A stretch of DNA of 59,540 bases, from positions 1-59,540 of IMG/VR virus record IMGVR_UViG_3300044974_000308. One strand, given 5' to 3'. Shown piece by piece: positions 1-9,015 of this stretch (position 1 is the stretch's first letter; each line of letters starts with the position of its first letter). The notes beneath the pieces were generated by a model. It saw nothing but the letters and a program-made list of their open reading frames with translations, was not told the origin of the DNA and searched no databases. This stretch comes from a virus. Taxonomy: Duplodnaviria; Caudoviricetes. The position numbers were made by a program, and so were the translations under genes.

Positions 1-127
1 CCGCTGCTGTCGATGCGGGCTGCCGGAGTTCCACCGTTAATTTCAAATGAAAGATACGCTCTTGCTCTAATTACTGACTCGGCATCGGCAAACGCAATAA
101 ACCCGTTCTGCGTATTGTTGGCATTAT
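1..127. repeat. Terminal direct repeat, identical to 59414-59540 (circular assembly overlap)
   Basis: Exact 127-nt identity; an ORF reads in frame across the junction; 127 is a common assembler k-mer size. Confidence 0.95.
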
Positions 128-776
128 TGTAGAAATTAAGCCCGCTATACCCATCAGACGATCTGCCGATGAGACGCATAGAGTTGCCGCCTGAATTAGC
201 CTGCAACGTAATTGGTGCATTGGCGGCTGTTGTTCCTATAGATAGCTGGCCCGAAGCATCCAGCGTCATCGCTTTTGTAACGCTGCCGTTAACAAGAAAT
301 GAAATGCCCAGCCCTGTTTCTGAAAACAAACACGGTGTATAATCTACGCCCGACCCAGAAATATTATTGAAGGTTCCAAGTATACCGTTCTGCGTTGTCC
401 CTGTTGACAATACAAATCCAGCATCGCGTGAACGGACGATTCCACTTACATCAAGTCTTGTTCCGGGAGACGCAGTGCCAACACCAAGCCGACTATTCGT
501 CGCATCCCAGAACAGGTTCGCGCTATTCCCAAACGGGTCCGTCCCGCTAACACCAGCGCCATACGGTATCCGGCCAGCGGTAAGCGAGGTGAGGCCGGTG
601 CCGCCGTTCGCAACCGGGAGTGTGCCGGTAAGACCAGACCCGCTCAGGACATAATTGCCAATCTGCGCCGCAGTGACTTTAACCGGGCCAACTCCAGCCG
701 TCTGAACGTCAGGGAACAGATCGGTCGAGGAGACCGCTGCGCCAGCCGTAAGTTGCGAAATGGATTTATTGGTCAT
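1..776 (-). CDS. Tail fibre, 5' part (ATG 776; continues across the junction to 58933; about 418 aa)
   Basis: Manual translation MTNKSISQLTAGAAVSSTDLFP...LPVANGGTG...NLFWDATNSRLGVGTASP...RIDSSG|NLLVGKT; absent from the ORF track because it spans the junction. Confidence 0.85.
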   Translation of the reverse strand, partial: MTNKSISQLTAGAAVSSTDLFPDVQTAGVGPVKVTAAQIGNYVLSGSGLTGTLPVANGGTGLTSLTAGRIPYGAGVSGTDPFGNSANLFWDATNSRLGVGTASPGTRLDVSGIVRSRDAGFVLSTGTTQNGILGTFNNISGSGVDYTPCLFSETGLGISFLVNGSVTKAMTLDASGQLSIGTTAANAPITLQANSGGNSMRLIGRSSDGYSGLNFYNNANNTQNGFIAFADAESVIRARAYLSFEINGGTPAARIDSS

Positions 777-779
777 CGG

Positions 780-2537
780 TTATTCCTGCGTCAAGAAGTT
801 GTCTGCGAAGGAGACGCGCTTCCACGCGCCATTATACACATAGAGGTAATTATTGGTAGCGTCGTAATACATCGGCGAATAGCCGCTCACCGATGTCGGG
901 ACGCCTGTCGGGACGCCTGCCACAGACGGAATGTAGAAGAAGCCATCCGTCATCGTCGTGGAAGACGCGCCAGACGGGTAGATATTGCCGGTCGAAGATA
1001 TTGTCAGACGCGAGACAGCCGCCGTTCCCAGCGTCATCGTCTGCGTATTCTGATTATATCTTACATAGCCATCATACTCGCCCGTGCCGGTCGTCGAATC
1101 GGAGAAATACAAGTTTCCGTAATTCGCCGATCCAGACCGGATCGTCATGCCGCAGTCGCCGGCGGCCGCCACGGTGATGCTGTTGGCGCCAGAGACGCCG
1201 TCATCCGCCGTGCCGATAAGGAGATGGCTGCTGGCGTCGAACTGAGCGGCATAGACGCCATTAATGGCAAAGCCGATGGCGTTGGCGCCATAGCTATAAA
1301 CGCCCGTGCCGGTGTAATTGCTGAACGCCAAGCTGGGCGACGCCGCCGTGCCGTCCTTGAGCAGAACCTGAGCCGAAAATGACTGATTAGCCGTCCAAGT
1401 ATTGGCCGTGCCAAACAGATTGAACCACGACGAAATGCCCGTTCCGTCCGTCTGCAGGACATAACCAGACGCGCCGCCGCTCGCCGGGAGCGTCAGAGAC
1501 CACGTCCCTGCGACAGAAGCCGTCTGCAGGGTCACAACGCCGCTTGTGGCGCCAGAGAGCCCCAGCGTGCCCGCGGTCGTGCCGGCGACGCCCAGCGTCG
1601 GGGTAGCAGTTGCGGTGATTGCATTGGCAGAACCAGAAGCCAAAATGGTGCCAGCTGACGATGTTGTAGGATACGTCGATGTCGTTGCAGACCAGTTTGT
1701 GCCGTCAGCGCGCAGGATAGTTCCAGTGGAAGTCGCTGTAGACGGGAAGGTAGCCGTTGTCCAAGTAGGATCCGCAGAAGCGCCGCCAGAAGTCAGAACC
1801 TGTCCAGCGGAACCAGCCGCGGTGACATTTATATTATTTGCAGCATTGCCGATCAAAACGCCATGCTGCGTCAAAGCCGTTAATCCGGTGCCGCCATTTG
1901 GGACGCCGACAATGCCGACAATTCCGCCGCCAGAAACCTGCGACCATGTCGTGACGCCAGAGCCGTTCGTGGTTAAAACGTAATCGGCAGTTCCAGCTGT
2001 GGACGGCAATGTCATCGTCCAAGCATTGGATCCAGTTGGGGCCTGTATCGTAACTATGTTGGCGCTGCCAGAATTGGCTAACTGCAACTGACCGCTCAAA
2101 GCATTAGCGCGGCCTAAGATAAGATATCCGTCTTTGGTGAAATTAGATAAAACATTGTTTGATTCATCTTGCAGCTGCAGGATGCTAACCGTGCCAGCCG
2201 GCCCGCGGCGGAACGTGCCCGCGGTGACGTCTGTAAGCGGGCTGAAAGTATTGGCCGTCGTAAAGAGATTGGCTGCATTTAGCAGAGCGACAGTGCCGCC
2301 GACTGAAGGGAATGTATAGGTCTGTCCTGCGGCGCTCGCCGTCAGAGACAGTGTCTCGTTGACGGTGAAAGTCTTGCCGGAAGAAATGGCAGCCGATCCG
2401 CCACCCAGAAGGAGATTCCGCAGCGTTGATACAGGGTAGACAGCCGGAGATGCCGAAGCGTAGCTGGGCGCTCCAAAAAGCAAATTGCTGTCGCTTATAG
2501 CCGCCTCTGGAGCGGCAGTCTTAAAATCAAAGGCCAT
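780..2537 (-). CDS. Tail fibre protein (585 aa)
   Basis: G/T/S/A-rich; repeated 'TLPS..G...YVL.T.G.G..SW' and VPNGGTG fibre motifs; located in fibre cluster. Confidence 0.8.
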   Translation of the reverse strand: MAFDFKTAAPEAAISDSNLLFGAPSYASASPAVYPVSTLRNLLLGGGSAAISSGKTFTVNETLSLTASAAGQTYTFPSVGGTVALLNAANLFTTANTFSPLTDVTAGTFRRGPAGTVSILQLQDESNNVLSNFTKDGYLILGRANALSGQLQLANSGSANIVTIQAPTGSNAWTMTLPSTAGTADYVLTTNGSGVTTWSQVSGGGIVGIVGVPNGGTGLTALTQHGVLIGNAANNINVTAAGSAGQVLTSGGASADPTWTTATFPSTATSTGTILRADGTNWSATTSTYPTTSSAGTILASGSANAITATATPTLGVAGTTAGTLGLSGATSGVVTLQTASVAGTWSLTLPASGGASGYVLQTDGTGISSWFNLFGTANTWTANQSFSAQVLLKDGTAASPSLAFSNYTGTGVYSYGANAIGFAINGVYAAQFDASSHLLIGTADDGVSGANSITVAAAGDCGMTIRSGSANYGNLYFSDSTTGTGEYDGYVRYNQNTQTMTLGTAAVSRLTISSTGNIYPSGASSTTMTDGFFYIPSVAGVPTGVPTSVSGYSPMYYDATNNYLYVYNGAWKRVSFADNFLTQE

Positions 2538-2543
2538 CGCCAG

Positions 2544-2747
2544 TTACCACTCTAGAGCCAAAGTTCCCCATAATAGCAAATTATCATTTCCCCACCACAG
2601 TTCTTCTGGTGGAAATGGGCCGTTAAAACCCGGAAGAGATAACCTATTATTTGCCGAATATCCTTCGGTCACGGTTACGCCATGCTCAACCGTAAGGTCA
2701 AAGCCAATAGACAGATTTCCTTGTTCGGATGGATCCGGGCCGGGCAT
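2544..2747 (-). CDS. Small virion-associated protein (paralogous to 3770-3958)
   Basis: Tightly packed ORF; shares SIG..L...NRL and LLL.G motifs with 3770-3958. Confidence 0.55.
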   Translation of the reverse strand: MPGPDPSEQGNLSIGFDLTVEHGVTVTEGYSANNRLSLPGFNGPFPPEELWWGNDNLLLWGTLALEW

Positions 2748-3250
2748 TATCCAATTTGCCCGATTGCAACAATGATCGACGGCGAGGCCGGCTGATTAGG
2801 TGGAAACGTCGCCGAACCAGAAACGGCCGGGACGGCGTCAAGCTTTACACCTGTTGATTCTCCAGACCACCAAAGTTCGTAATAATCTCCGACAGTGGTG
2901 CAAGGGAGATAAAGGGTCAAGGCGATAACGGTTGGAACGTCTTTGCCGACCGAAAGATAAGTATTCGAGTTAGCAACGTCAGAACCGTTCTTGCGGAACC
3001 ATATTGAGACCTGTTTAGCGCTTGCGGCGCCGGTCGCGGCCGCGACAGCCGAAATAGAAAACGAGTAATTTCCCGGCTGCGGGAGCGTCATCTTAGTTCC
3101 GCCGACAAGCGTGACGCCGTTGGCGTTTATTGTCGTATCGAAAGTCACGACCTGAGCAAGGGCAGGATCCGCAATCGTCTGATCAATCGAAGACGAAAAT
3201 GTTGCATGAGGGTTAGGGGCAATATGATAAGACATCAGATCACCTTCCAA
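2747..3250 (-). CDS. Fibre-tip/receptor-binding domain protein (C1q/TNF-like beta sandwich, similar to C-terminus of 55698-56288)
   Basis: VTFDT...G.Y...W.RKNG...GDY.EL.WS...PS.I pattern shared with 55698-56288. Confidence 0.6.
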   Translation of the reverse strand: MEGDLMSYHIAPNPHATFSSSIDQTIADPALAQVVTFDTTINANGVTLVGGTKMTLPQPGNYSFSISAVAAATGAASAKQVSIWFRKNGSDVANSNTYLSVGKDVPTVIALTLYLPCTTVGDYYELWWSGESTGVKLDAVPAVSGSATFPPNQPASPSIIVAIGQIG

Positions 3251-3768
3251 TTTGCGCCGTCGGAAATGATCCAGATCGACTCATATTGAGTAGAAAGAAA
3301 GAAGTTTAAGGCGCCATCAATCGTCTGCAGACCGTTGGCGTCAATAGTGATGACGCCGGTTCCGCTGTTCTTGATGCAATACTGCTTGCCGGCGATGCCA
3401 ACAGCCGTCGGGAGCGTGACAGTGAAGCTGTTCGCGACGCAATCGATCATAAAATCGCCGGCCCCGACAACATATGCGCCAGACTTTGCGACATAGTCGG
3501 AAGAATACAGAACGCCGCCGATCTTTGATATCGTCATGTCGCCCGTAGACGTATCCAATGTGGCGTCGCCGCCAACATCAAATCCACCAAATGATCCGTT
3601 TGAGTTCCACTGAACTTGACCGGGGCTGCCGCCGGGCGTGGTAACTGAAAACGTCTTGATCTGATTTGCGCTGATTTTGACCGATGCGTCCGACTGAACG
3701 CCATACAGGACTTCAGTGCCGCCTAGAGCACTTGCAAGCGGTAGAGCAGGTAATTTAGCGTCGGCCAT
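3235..3768 (-). CDS. Short tail/fibre protein
   Basis: PGG..GQVQ.N..G.FGG; TVTLPTA..G..Y.IKN...TIDG...SDG.NW fibre shoulder motif. Confidence 0.7.
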   Translation of the reverse strand: MADAKLPALPLASALGGTEVLYGVQSDASVKISANQIKTFSVTTPGGSPGQVQWNSNGSFGGFDVGGDATLDTSTGDMTISKIGGVLYSSDYVAKSGAYVVGAGDFMIDCVANSFTVTLPTAVGIAGKQYCIKNSGTGVITIDANGLQTIDGALNFFLSTQYESIWIISDGANWKVI

Positions 3769-3769
3769 T

Positions 3770-3958
3770 TCATGCCTCTAAAAGCAGGTGCCCATCATTT
3801 TGCAGCAACAGATAGTCGCCGCTTTGCAGTAATAGAGCGTCTGTAGAGACAGGATCTAGGAACTGCGTGAATGTCAGACGATTACTCAGGGTCAGCTGAT
3901 TAAGCGTCGACAGTTCATTGCCGATACTATACCCGCCCTCACCTGAGTCATTTCCCAT
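3770..3958 (-). CDS. Small virion-associated protein with LLLQ.G.YLLLQ repeats
   Basis: Packed ORF; repeat motif typical of small fibre-adaptor proteins. Confidence 0.55.
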   Translation of the reverse strand: MGNDSGEGGYSIGNELSTLNQLTLSNRLTFTQFLDPVSTDALLLQSGDYLLLQNDGHLLLEA

Positions 3959-4614
3959 TAGATCGGCCCGTTGCTGGACTGCAGGAACGTCGAAGTCACC
4001 GTGCCCGTTCCGCTATTTATCAGAACGCGAGCATACTTCGGTGTGAACAAGAAGTTGCTCTGCTGCGAGGAGTTCGCCGCCACAACCGCAAGATCCGAAG
4101 AACTAATCCACGTCATGTCAGCAGGTAGAACAGGGACAAACGGGTCGTTTGGGTCGTCCAGCGTCGACTGAACAGTGTAGTTAGCAGTGCCAGAGACATT
4201 GCACTGGATCGAAATATTCGAGGGCGCAAAGTCATCAAAACGAACCCACGGCGAGCCGCCAACGCCATTCGTGCCGACAATCAAATTGCCGACCGCATTC
4301 CCGGAAATGGTGATGCTCGTGACCGTCAGATAATCCAGAACGGTGTAAACGCCCGTGGTGTTCGGGCCAGTAATCGTCTCAGAGATAATGTCGCCGGCCC
4401 AATTGGTGCCCGTGACAGTGAAGGTTCTAACGCTATCATTCGCGTCTGAGGTAATGAGGACGCGACGCTGCGAACCAAGATAGGCAATGCCATCAGTGAC
4501 AAGCGCGCCATTAAGCGTCAAAGACTGGACGCCGCCGGCAGCGGGCTTCTGCGTCGTGCAAATGCCGTTGTCGTCGGCGGTCGCAAGCGCGATAGAAACT
4601 GTAACAGCCTGCAT
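3958..4614 (-). CDS. Virion structural protein (beta-rich)
   Basis: TFTVTGT...G..ISETITG motif; within structural operon. Confidence 0.6.
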   Translation of the reverse strand: MQAVTVSIALATADDNGICTTQKPAAGGVQSLTLNGALVTDGIAYLGSQRRVLITSDANDSVRTFTVTGTNWAGDIISETITGPNTTGVYTVLDYLTVTSITISGNAVGNLIVGTNGVGGSPWVRFDDFAPSNISIQCNVSGTANYTVQSTLDDPNDPFVPVLPADMTWISSSDLAVVAANSSQQSNFLFTPKYARVLINSGTGTVTSTFLQSSNGPI

Positions 4615-5015
4615 TAGCTTTTTCCCTTTTTAGCGCCGGAAGGCGAAACGGGCCAAGATTGTCTTGCAGGGCCGGTCTTCTTCACAGCAATAGATTTTTT
4701 CTGTTCCTTTGTCATCGAAGCGGCGGCCGCTGCGGGACGGCAGGCAGGATAAGGACGCTTGCCCTTCTCGCCTTCTATTCTACCACATTCTTTGCCAGTT
4801 TTGACATCTCGCCAGTCTTCAGCGAACCATTTTCCAAGGCCGCCGCCAGACGCTTTATTTACGCGATTATCCTCACCAGACCATCTACCGCCATGCTGTT
4901 TATACCATTTAGAAGCCCATGCATTGGCATAGGCAGAAGGATAAACATCAAACTTGGCGCGGGCCGCGGCTTTTGCACGGCCCCAAAGACCGGAATTTTG
5001 AGGTTTAGCCGCCAT
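4614..5015 (-). CDS. Conserved basic phage head-associated protein
   Basis: YPSAYANAW..K.YK..GG.W and GL.KWF.E.W.D...CGR...YP.CRP motifs; KASGG linker. Confidence 0.65.
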   Translation of the reverse strand: MAAKPQNSGLWGRAKAAARAKFDVYPSAYANAWASKWYKQHGGRWSGEDNRVNKASGGGLGKWFAEDWRDVKTGKECGRIEGEKGKRPYPACRPAAAAASMTKEQKKSIAVKKTGPARQSWPVSPSGAKKGKS

Positions 5016-5016
5016 G

Positions 5017-5286
5017 CTAACAATCCCACTTGCGCAGTGATTTGTTGATACGGCTATTTGGATCTGCAGCGGCGGCGGCGCCTGTCAGCTTCTTCTTCAT
5101 GCCGGTCATCCGGGCGCAAAATGAAGAGCGACGAGAGGCGGCTTTATCACTTTTAGCTGCCTGTTCTTTCGATACAGGTGGCTTTAAGTTCATACCTTCG
5201 CGCTTGGCCGAAGCCCGGCCCTTCGCATTGAGACCACCTTCTGGATTTTTACCAGAAGATCTTTGCCAAGCCGGCGTCTTCGCCAT
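5017..5286 (-). CDS. DUF6321-like basic phage protein
   Basis: KNP.GGLNAKGRAS...RR.SFCARM.GM...DPNSRINKSLRKW.C. Confidence 0.7.
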   Translation of the reverse strand: MAKTPAWQRSSGKNPEGGLNAKGRASAKREGMNLKPPVSKEQAAKSDKAASRRSSFCARMTGMKKKLTGAAAAADPNSRINKSLRKWDC

Positions 5287-5303
5287 AACGAATCTCCTGA
5301 AGA

Positions 5304-5331
5304 GAGCGGGGGCCGTTAAGCCCCCGCGTCT
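5304..5331 (-). terminator. Hairpin/possible intrinsic terminator
   Basis: gcggggg-N8-cccccgc stem followed by a short pyrimidine run on the minus strand. Confidence 0.4.
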
Positions 5332-5334
5332 TTA

Positions 5335-5550
5335 TTAGTAAGGCTTCGGCGTAGCGCCACGCGGCGAACCGCTGTGGGCCGAAGAGAAGACGCCGCCGCC
5401 CGTAGCGCGAGCAGGCTTCTTGCCTTTCGCAGCTTCAGAGAAGACCTTGCCGCCTTTTTTCATGCAGCTGCCGCCCTTTTTGAAACCGTTGGTGCCGGAT
5501 TTCGCCGACTTGACGACCGCCGGGCCGTCCTGACCTTCATAAAAACCCAT
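5335..5550 (-). CDS. Small basic GG-motif protein (putative internal head peptide precursor)
   Basis: FKKGG, MKKGGKV, RATGGGV; RBS AGGAGG upstream. Confidence 0.65.
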   Translation of the reverse strand: MGFYEGQDGPAVVKSAKSGTNGFKKGGSCMKKGGKVFSEAAKGKKPARATGGGVFSSAHSGSPRGATPKPY

Positions 5551-5562
5551 GAGTGCCTCCTA

Positions 5563-6597
5563 TTAAGACGGGTTGACCGCGAGACCAGAAGTCGCGGCGG
5601 TCGGGGGAGCGTTGTCAACGTAAGAGTTGGCAAGAGCGCCCGCGTCACCCCACTTGGTCGCGCCAGCAGCCGTGCAGTTGTTGAACACAAGGCTACCGCC
5701 AGCAGCAGCGTTAAGAGACGCAACCGTGCTGATCGTCGTGCCAGTCGAGTCGACGGCATTGTAGAACAAGCAATTCTGGAACTTGTTCCAGCGGTCGATG
5801 GCGCCAGCGCCCGTTCCGACAATACCAAGCGTCGTTGCCGAGCTTGTGAAAATCGGGAAGTCACAGCTGATGAACTTGTTGCGCGGGGTCGCGCTGGCAA
5901 ATTCAAGGTTCGCGTTAGCAGCCGAACGCTGGACAGTATCCTGACCAATCGTGCAGCCAACAAACGTGTTCTCGCCAGTGCCCATGACTCTCAGCGCGCG
6001 AGCGCCGGCGCCACCGGCCGAAGCGGAATCTTCGAAACCACCGAACTGGATGTTCTCGTAGTAGTTGCGGCCACCATTTTCGATCCAAGCAACCTGCGAG
6101 GCATTACCCGTCGAGAAGCCAGCAAAAACGGAGAAGTTTGCAAAGATACAGCCAGAGGCCGTAACATTGAACATATTGCCGCTATTGCCGAACGTCGCAG
6201 CCGTATAGGTGCCCGTTGGAGGCGCGAAACGAGCGCGATTCGAAACGCCGGTCGGCGCCGTCACGCCAATCAGATGCGTTGCGTTTTTCGCCCAAGTGAT
6301 CGTGCCAGTCGTCGCAGACGACGTGACAGACTGAGCAAGAGCCGTCGACATGCGGGCAGTGCCGCTCGTCGAGCCATTGCCAATCAGAACGATGACATCG
6401 TTGTTGCCAGCGGTCGCAGCAGCATAAGCCGCATAGATCGTCTGGAAAGGCGTTTCCGGCGAGAGGCCGTCATACGCATCCGAACCAGCGGCCGGATCAA
6501 CGAAGAAATAGGTGCCAGTCAGCGGCAGACCGCCGATGGTGCCGAGAACCGGAACACCAAAAGACGTAATGCCATTCGGGAAGTTAGTAAGGGCCAT
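5563..6597 (-). CDS. Capsid fibre/decoration protein with probable parallel beta-helix domain
   Basis: Follows the capsid gene; YFFVD...GSD..DGLSPE.PF.TI..A motif typical of the start of pectin-lyase-like folds; repeated N.F..C strands. Confidence 0.6.
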   Translation of the reverse strand: MALTNFPNGITSFGVPVLGTIGGLPLTGTYFFVDPAAGSDAYDGLSPETPFQTIYAAYAAATAGNNDVIVLIGNGSTSGTARMSTALAQSVTSSATTGTITWAKNATHLIGVTAPTGVSNRARFAPPTGTYTAATFGNSGNMFNVTASGCIFANFSVFAGFSTGNASQVAWIENGGRNYYENIQFGGFEDSASAGGAGARALRVMGTGENTFVGCTIGQDTVQRSAANANLEFASATPRNKFISCDFPIFTSSATTLGIVGTGAGAIDRWNKFQNCLFYNAVDSTGTTISTVASLNAAAGGSLVFNNCTAAGATKWGDAGALANSYVDNAPPTAATSGLAVNPS

Positions 6598-6609
6598 GTT
6601 GGCGCCTCC

Positions 6610-6756
6610 TTAGTTTAGAGAACGAACCGAAGGATGTCCCTGCGGGTCGGAGTGGTTATCAAGATAATCGGCAGCTTTTCGGAGGATCTTTTGATCATCT
6701 TTAAGCTTACCAATACCTGTATTGCAGTCTGAGCACAGCAATCCGCGTCCCTTCAT
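6610..6756 (-). pseudogene. Remnant of an endonuclease VII-family homing endonuclease (48 aa)
   Basis: MKGRGLLCSDCNTGIGKLKDDQKILRKAADYL matches the EndoVII C-terminal RGLLC..CN..G...D....A..YL motif; upstream CxxC and DH motifs are absent. Confidence 0.7.
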
Positions 6757-6836
6757 AGTGCCCTCCGGTGTTCTTTTGAGAGATACACCGGAGGACTATT
6801 GCTGCCAATCTATTGTAGCTTAACGTAACCTATTGA

Positions 6837-7748
6837 TTACGTTGGAGTGCTACCATAGATACTTCTCCAGTTATAATAGCCGAAGCTATAACGCTCGTAA
6901 CCTTTAACCAGAAGGTTATCGGTCACAAAGTCGACCTGCATATCGGTCTCGAACTTAACGCGCTCCATGTAGGAGAGACCGTCAATGTTCGTGAGCAGGA
7001 ACCAGCCACGCGAATTGGTCAAGAAGTCGTTGACCATGTAGCCTTCCGGCAGACCGCCGGCAGTCATCATGATCGCGTTGACGTCGTTGTTCGCGGTGCC
7101 GGGACGCAGTTCCGTCTTCGTCAGACGGATTGCAGTCGGCTCCAGAGCCGGCGGCACAACGAGACGACGACCACGCGCGAACACCTTCAGACCAGCCTGA
7201 TCTTTGAAGTTCGTGCGGATGGCAATCATGCCGTTAAGCAGCGACGACTCGTTCAGGTCGACCTGAACCAGCGGCGTATTCGCAACCGTGCCACCGTCAA
7301 TCGGATGGCTGTAGTTGAGAAGCGAAACGCCGTCGCCGCCGACAGACGCATTATACGTCGTCGCCGTGTTCAGGACGTTCGCGCCATAGATTTCCTTCGT
7401 CTGCTGGAAAGATTCCATCAGGCCAAGGTTCGACGGCATAAACTGTGTCTTATACAGGTTATCGTCGATGGCCTTACGAGTGATCGCATAACCAAGAGCA
7501 ATTTCGACGTGCTCCTGATTATAGACGTAACGCTCTCCGGCGCTGTTATCGAACGCCGTCTGGCCGCCTTCAGTCTTCAGCTGGGCAAGACCCAAGAAGC
7601 GCATTTCCGCAGTGCGCTCAAGCGCCATTTTGGAATCATGCTTCGTAAAGATCTTGTCATACTGAGACGGGATCATCTCGTATTTGCCTTCGATCCCGCG
7701 GAGGCCGGGGAGCAGAAGGTCTTTAATGGCAGAGAGATTAACAGCCAT
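6837..7748 (-). CDS. Major capsid protein
   Basis: 303 aa; L.PGL..., K.EG....D, ALGYAIT..AI.DNLY, GGDGVSL...HP, LVVPP.L, ERYSFG...WR..YG motifs. Confidence 0.9.
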   Translation of the reverse strand: MAVNLSAIKDLLLPGLRGIEGKYEMIPSQYDKIFTKHDSKMALERTAEMRFLGLAQLKTEGGQTAFDNSAGERYVYNQEHVEIALGYAITRKAIDDNLYKTQFMPSNLGLMESFQQTKEIYGANVLNTATTYNASVGGDGVSLLNYSHPIDGGTVANTPLVQVDLNESSLLNGMIAIRTNFKDQAGLKVFARGRRLVVPPALEPTAIRLTKTELRPGTANNDVNAIMMTAGGLPEGYMVNDFLTNSRGWFLLTNIDGLSYMERVKFETDMQVDFVTDNLLVKGYERYSFGYYNWRSIYGSTPT

Positions 7749-7763
7749 AGTTGCCTACTCCCC

Positions 7764-8363
7764 TTAGCTGATGCCCGTCTGAGCGCCGTTAGCACGGGCC
7801 AGCGAGTCGTTGAACTGCACAATCACAAGATTGTAAGCAGCCGTAATGTCGGTGCCATTGGCGCCGGGCGGGTTAGCGACAACGTCGACAACGCGGAACG
7901 GGAGCGTAGCAGCCGTGCCGGGCGATTCGACATAGGCGCCAGAAATGCCGGAAGCGGCATTGCCCGAACCCATGTTGACGTCGATGTTCTGGCCGATCTT
8001 GTCGAAGCCGACATTCGTGCCGCCAGCCTGAACGAGGAACTTCGCGTTCGGGTCGTTGATGACATAAGCCTCAACGTCCTGCGAGGCGTCGCTGCCCGGC
8101 CAGTAGTTCGACCAAACGATGCGCTTCTGCGACGTCGAAAGGTATTTAACGCCAGCAAGAATGCCGGCCGTCGAGACCGTATTCGCGGGGTTATAAACCT
8201 GAATGTAGCCAGTCGCAGCGCCGGTGACGGGCTGAACGGGATCGCCGAAGTAAATCGGGGTAGTGTAGTCTTTATCAATGGTCATCGTGACCTGCTCATA
8301 CGTCGGAGCGGATCCGGTGCCCTGATATTGACGGAATCCAAAGGGGCTGTTAGTGTTCGCCAC
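7764..8363 (-). CDS. Capsid cement/decoration protein (GTG start)
   Basis: MAN...PFGF...IYFGD.V...AYV.DP...F.VQ; immediately upstream of the capsid gene; RBS AAGGAG. Confidence 0.7.
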   Translation of the reverse strand: MANTNSPFGFRQYQGTGSAPTYEQVTMTIDKDYTTPIYFGDPVQPVTGAATGYIQVYNPANTVSTAGILAGVKYLSTSQKRIVWSNYWPGSDASQDVEAYVINDPNAKFLVQAGGTNVGFDKIGQNIDVNMGSGNAASGISGAYVESPGTAATLPFRVVDVVANPPGANGTDITAAYNLVIVQFNDSLARANGAQTGIS

Positions 8364-8499
8364 GATGGTTCTCCTTCAAGGGGAGGCTCATCATCGCGCA
8401 CCGGGGCGATATGGTAGCCGGGAAGTGTTTGCGCTCCACGCCGGGGGAGCAGTGCCTATTAGGCTGGTCGGATTATATACTTAATAAAGAGAAAATCAA

Positions 8500-9012
8500 A
8501 TGCCTGTAAAAACTTCCGCTATTTCGTCTATTGAATGGATGAAAGATCAGCTTGATTATTGCCCCGTCACAGGGATTTTTAAGTGGAAGGTCAATAAAAA
8601 AGGCCATGTAAAAGCAGGCATGGAAGCCGGCGCAACTCACTCGAAAGGCTATAAAACAATTCGAGTGAATGGCGTTGATTACTTGGCGCATAGATTGGCA
8701 TGGGCATTTTTTTACGGAAGCATATCTGAAAAAGAACAGATAGATCACATAAATTTAGATAGAAAAGACAATAGAATTTTAAATTTAAGAAAAGCTACTC
8801 ATGAAGAAAATTGCAGAAATACAAGGTGCCGGGCTCATAATGTAAGCGGTCTAAAAGGTGCTCATTTAGATAAAAGAAACGGGAAATATAGAGCCCGCAT
8901 ATCAATTAAAGGCAAGCAATATTGGCTTGGATACTTTAAGACCCCAGAACTAGCCCATGCAGTATATTGCGATGTATCGCAAAAACTACATGGACTGTTC
9001 CATAGATCTTGA
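8500..9012 (+). CDS. HNH homing endonuclease with AP2 DNA-binding domain
   Basis: AHRLAW...IDHIN..RKDNR..NLR...N; Y.ARI...GK..WLG.F..ELA...Y; AT-rich and antisense to the operon. Confidence 0.9.
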   Translation: MPVKTSAISSIEWMKDQLDYCPVTGIFKWKVNKKGHVKAGMEAGATHSKGYKTIRVNGVDYLAHRLAWAFFYGSISEKEQIDHINLDRKDNRILNLRKATHEENCRNTRCRAHNVSGLKGAHLDKRNGKYRARISIKGKQYWLGYFKTPELAHAVYCDVSQKLHGLFHRS

Positions 9013-9015
9013 CGA

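Noticed and set aside
5374-8417. Long plus-strand ORFs (414 and 370 aa) and similar antisense ORFs elsewhere
   Set aside because: Shadow frames of GC-rich minus-strand structural genes, with no recognisable motifs
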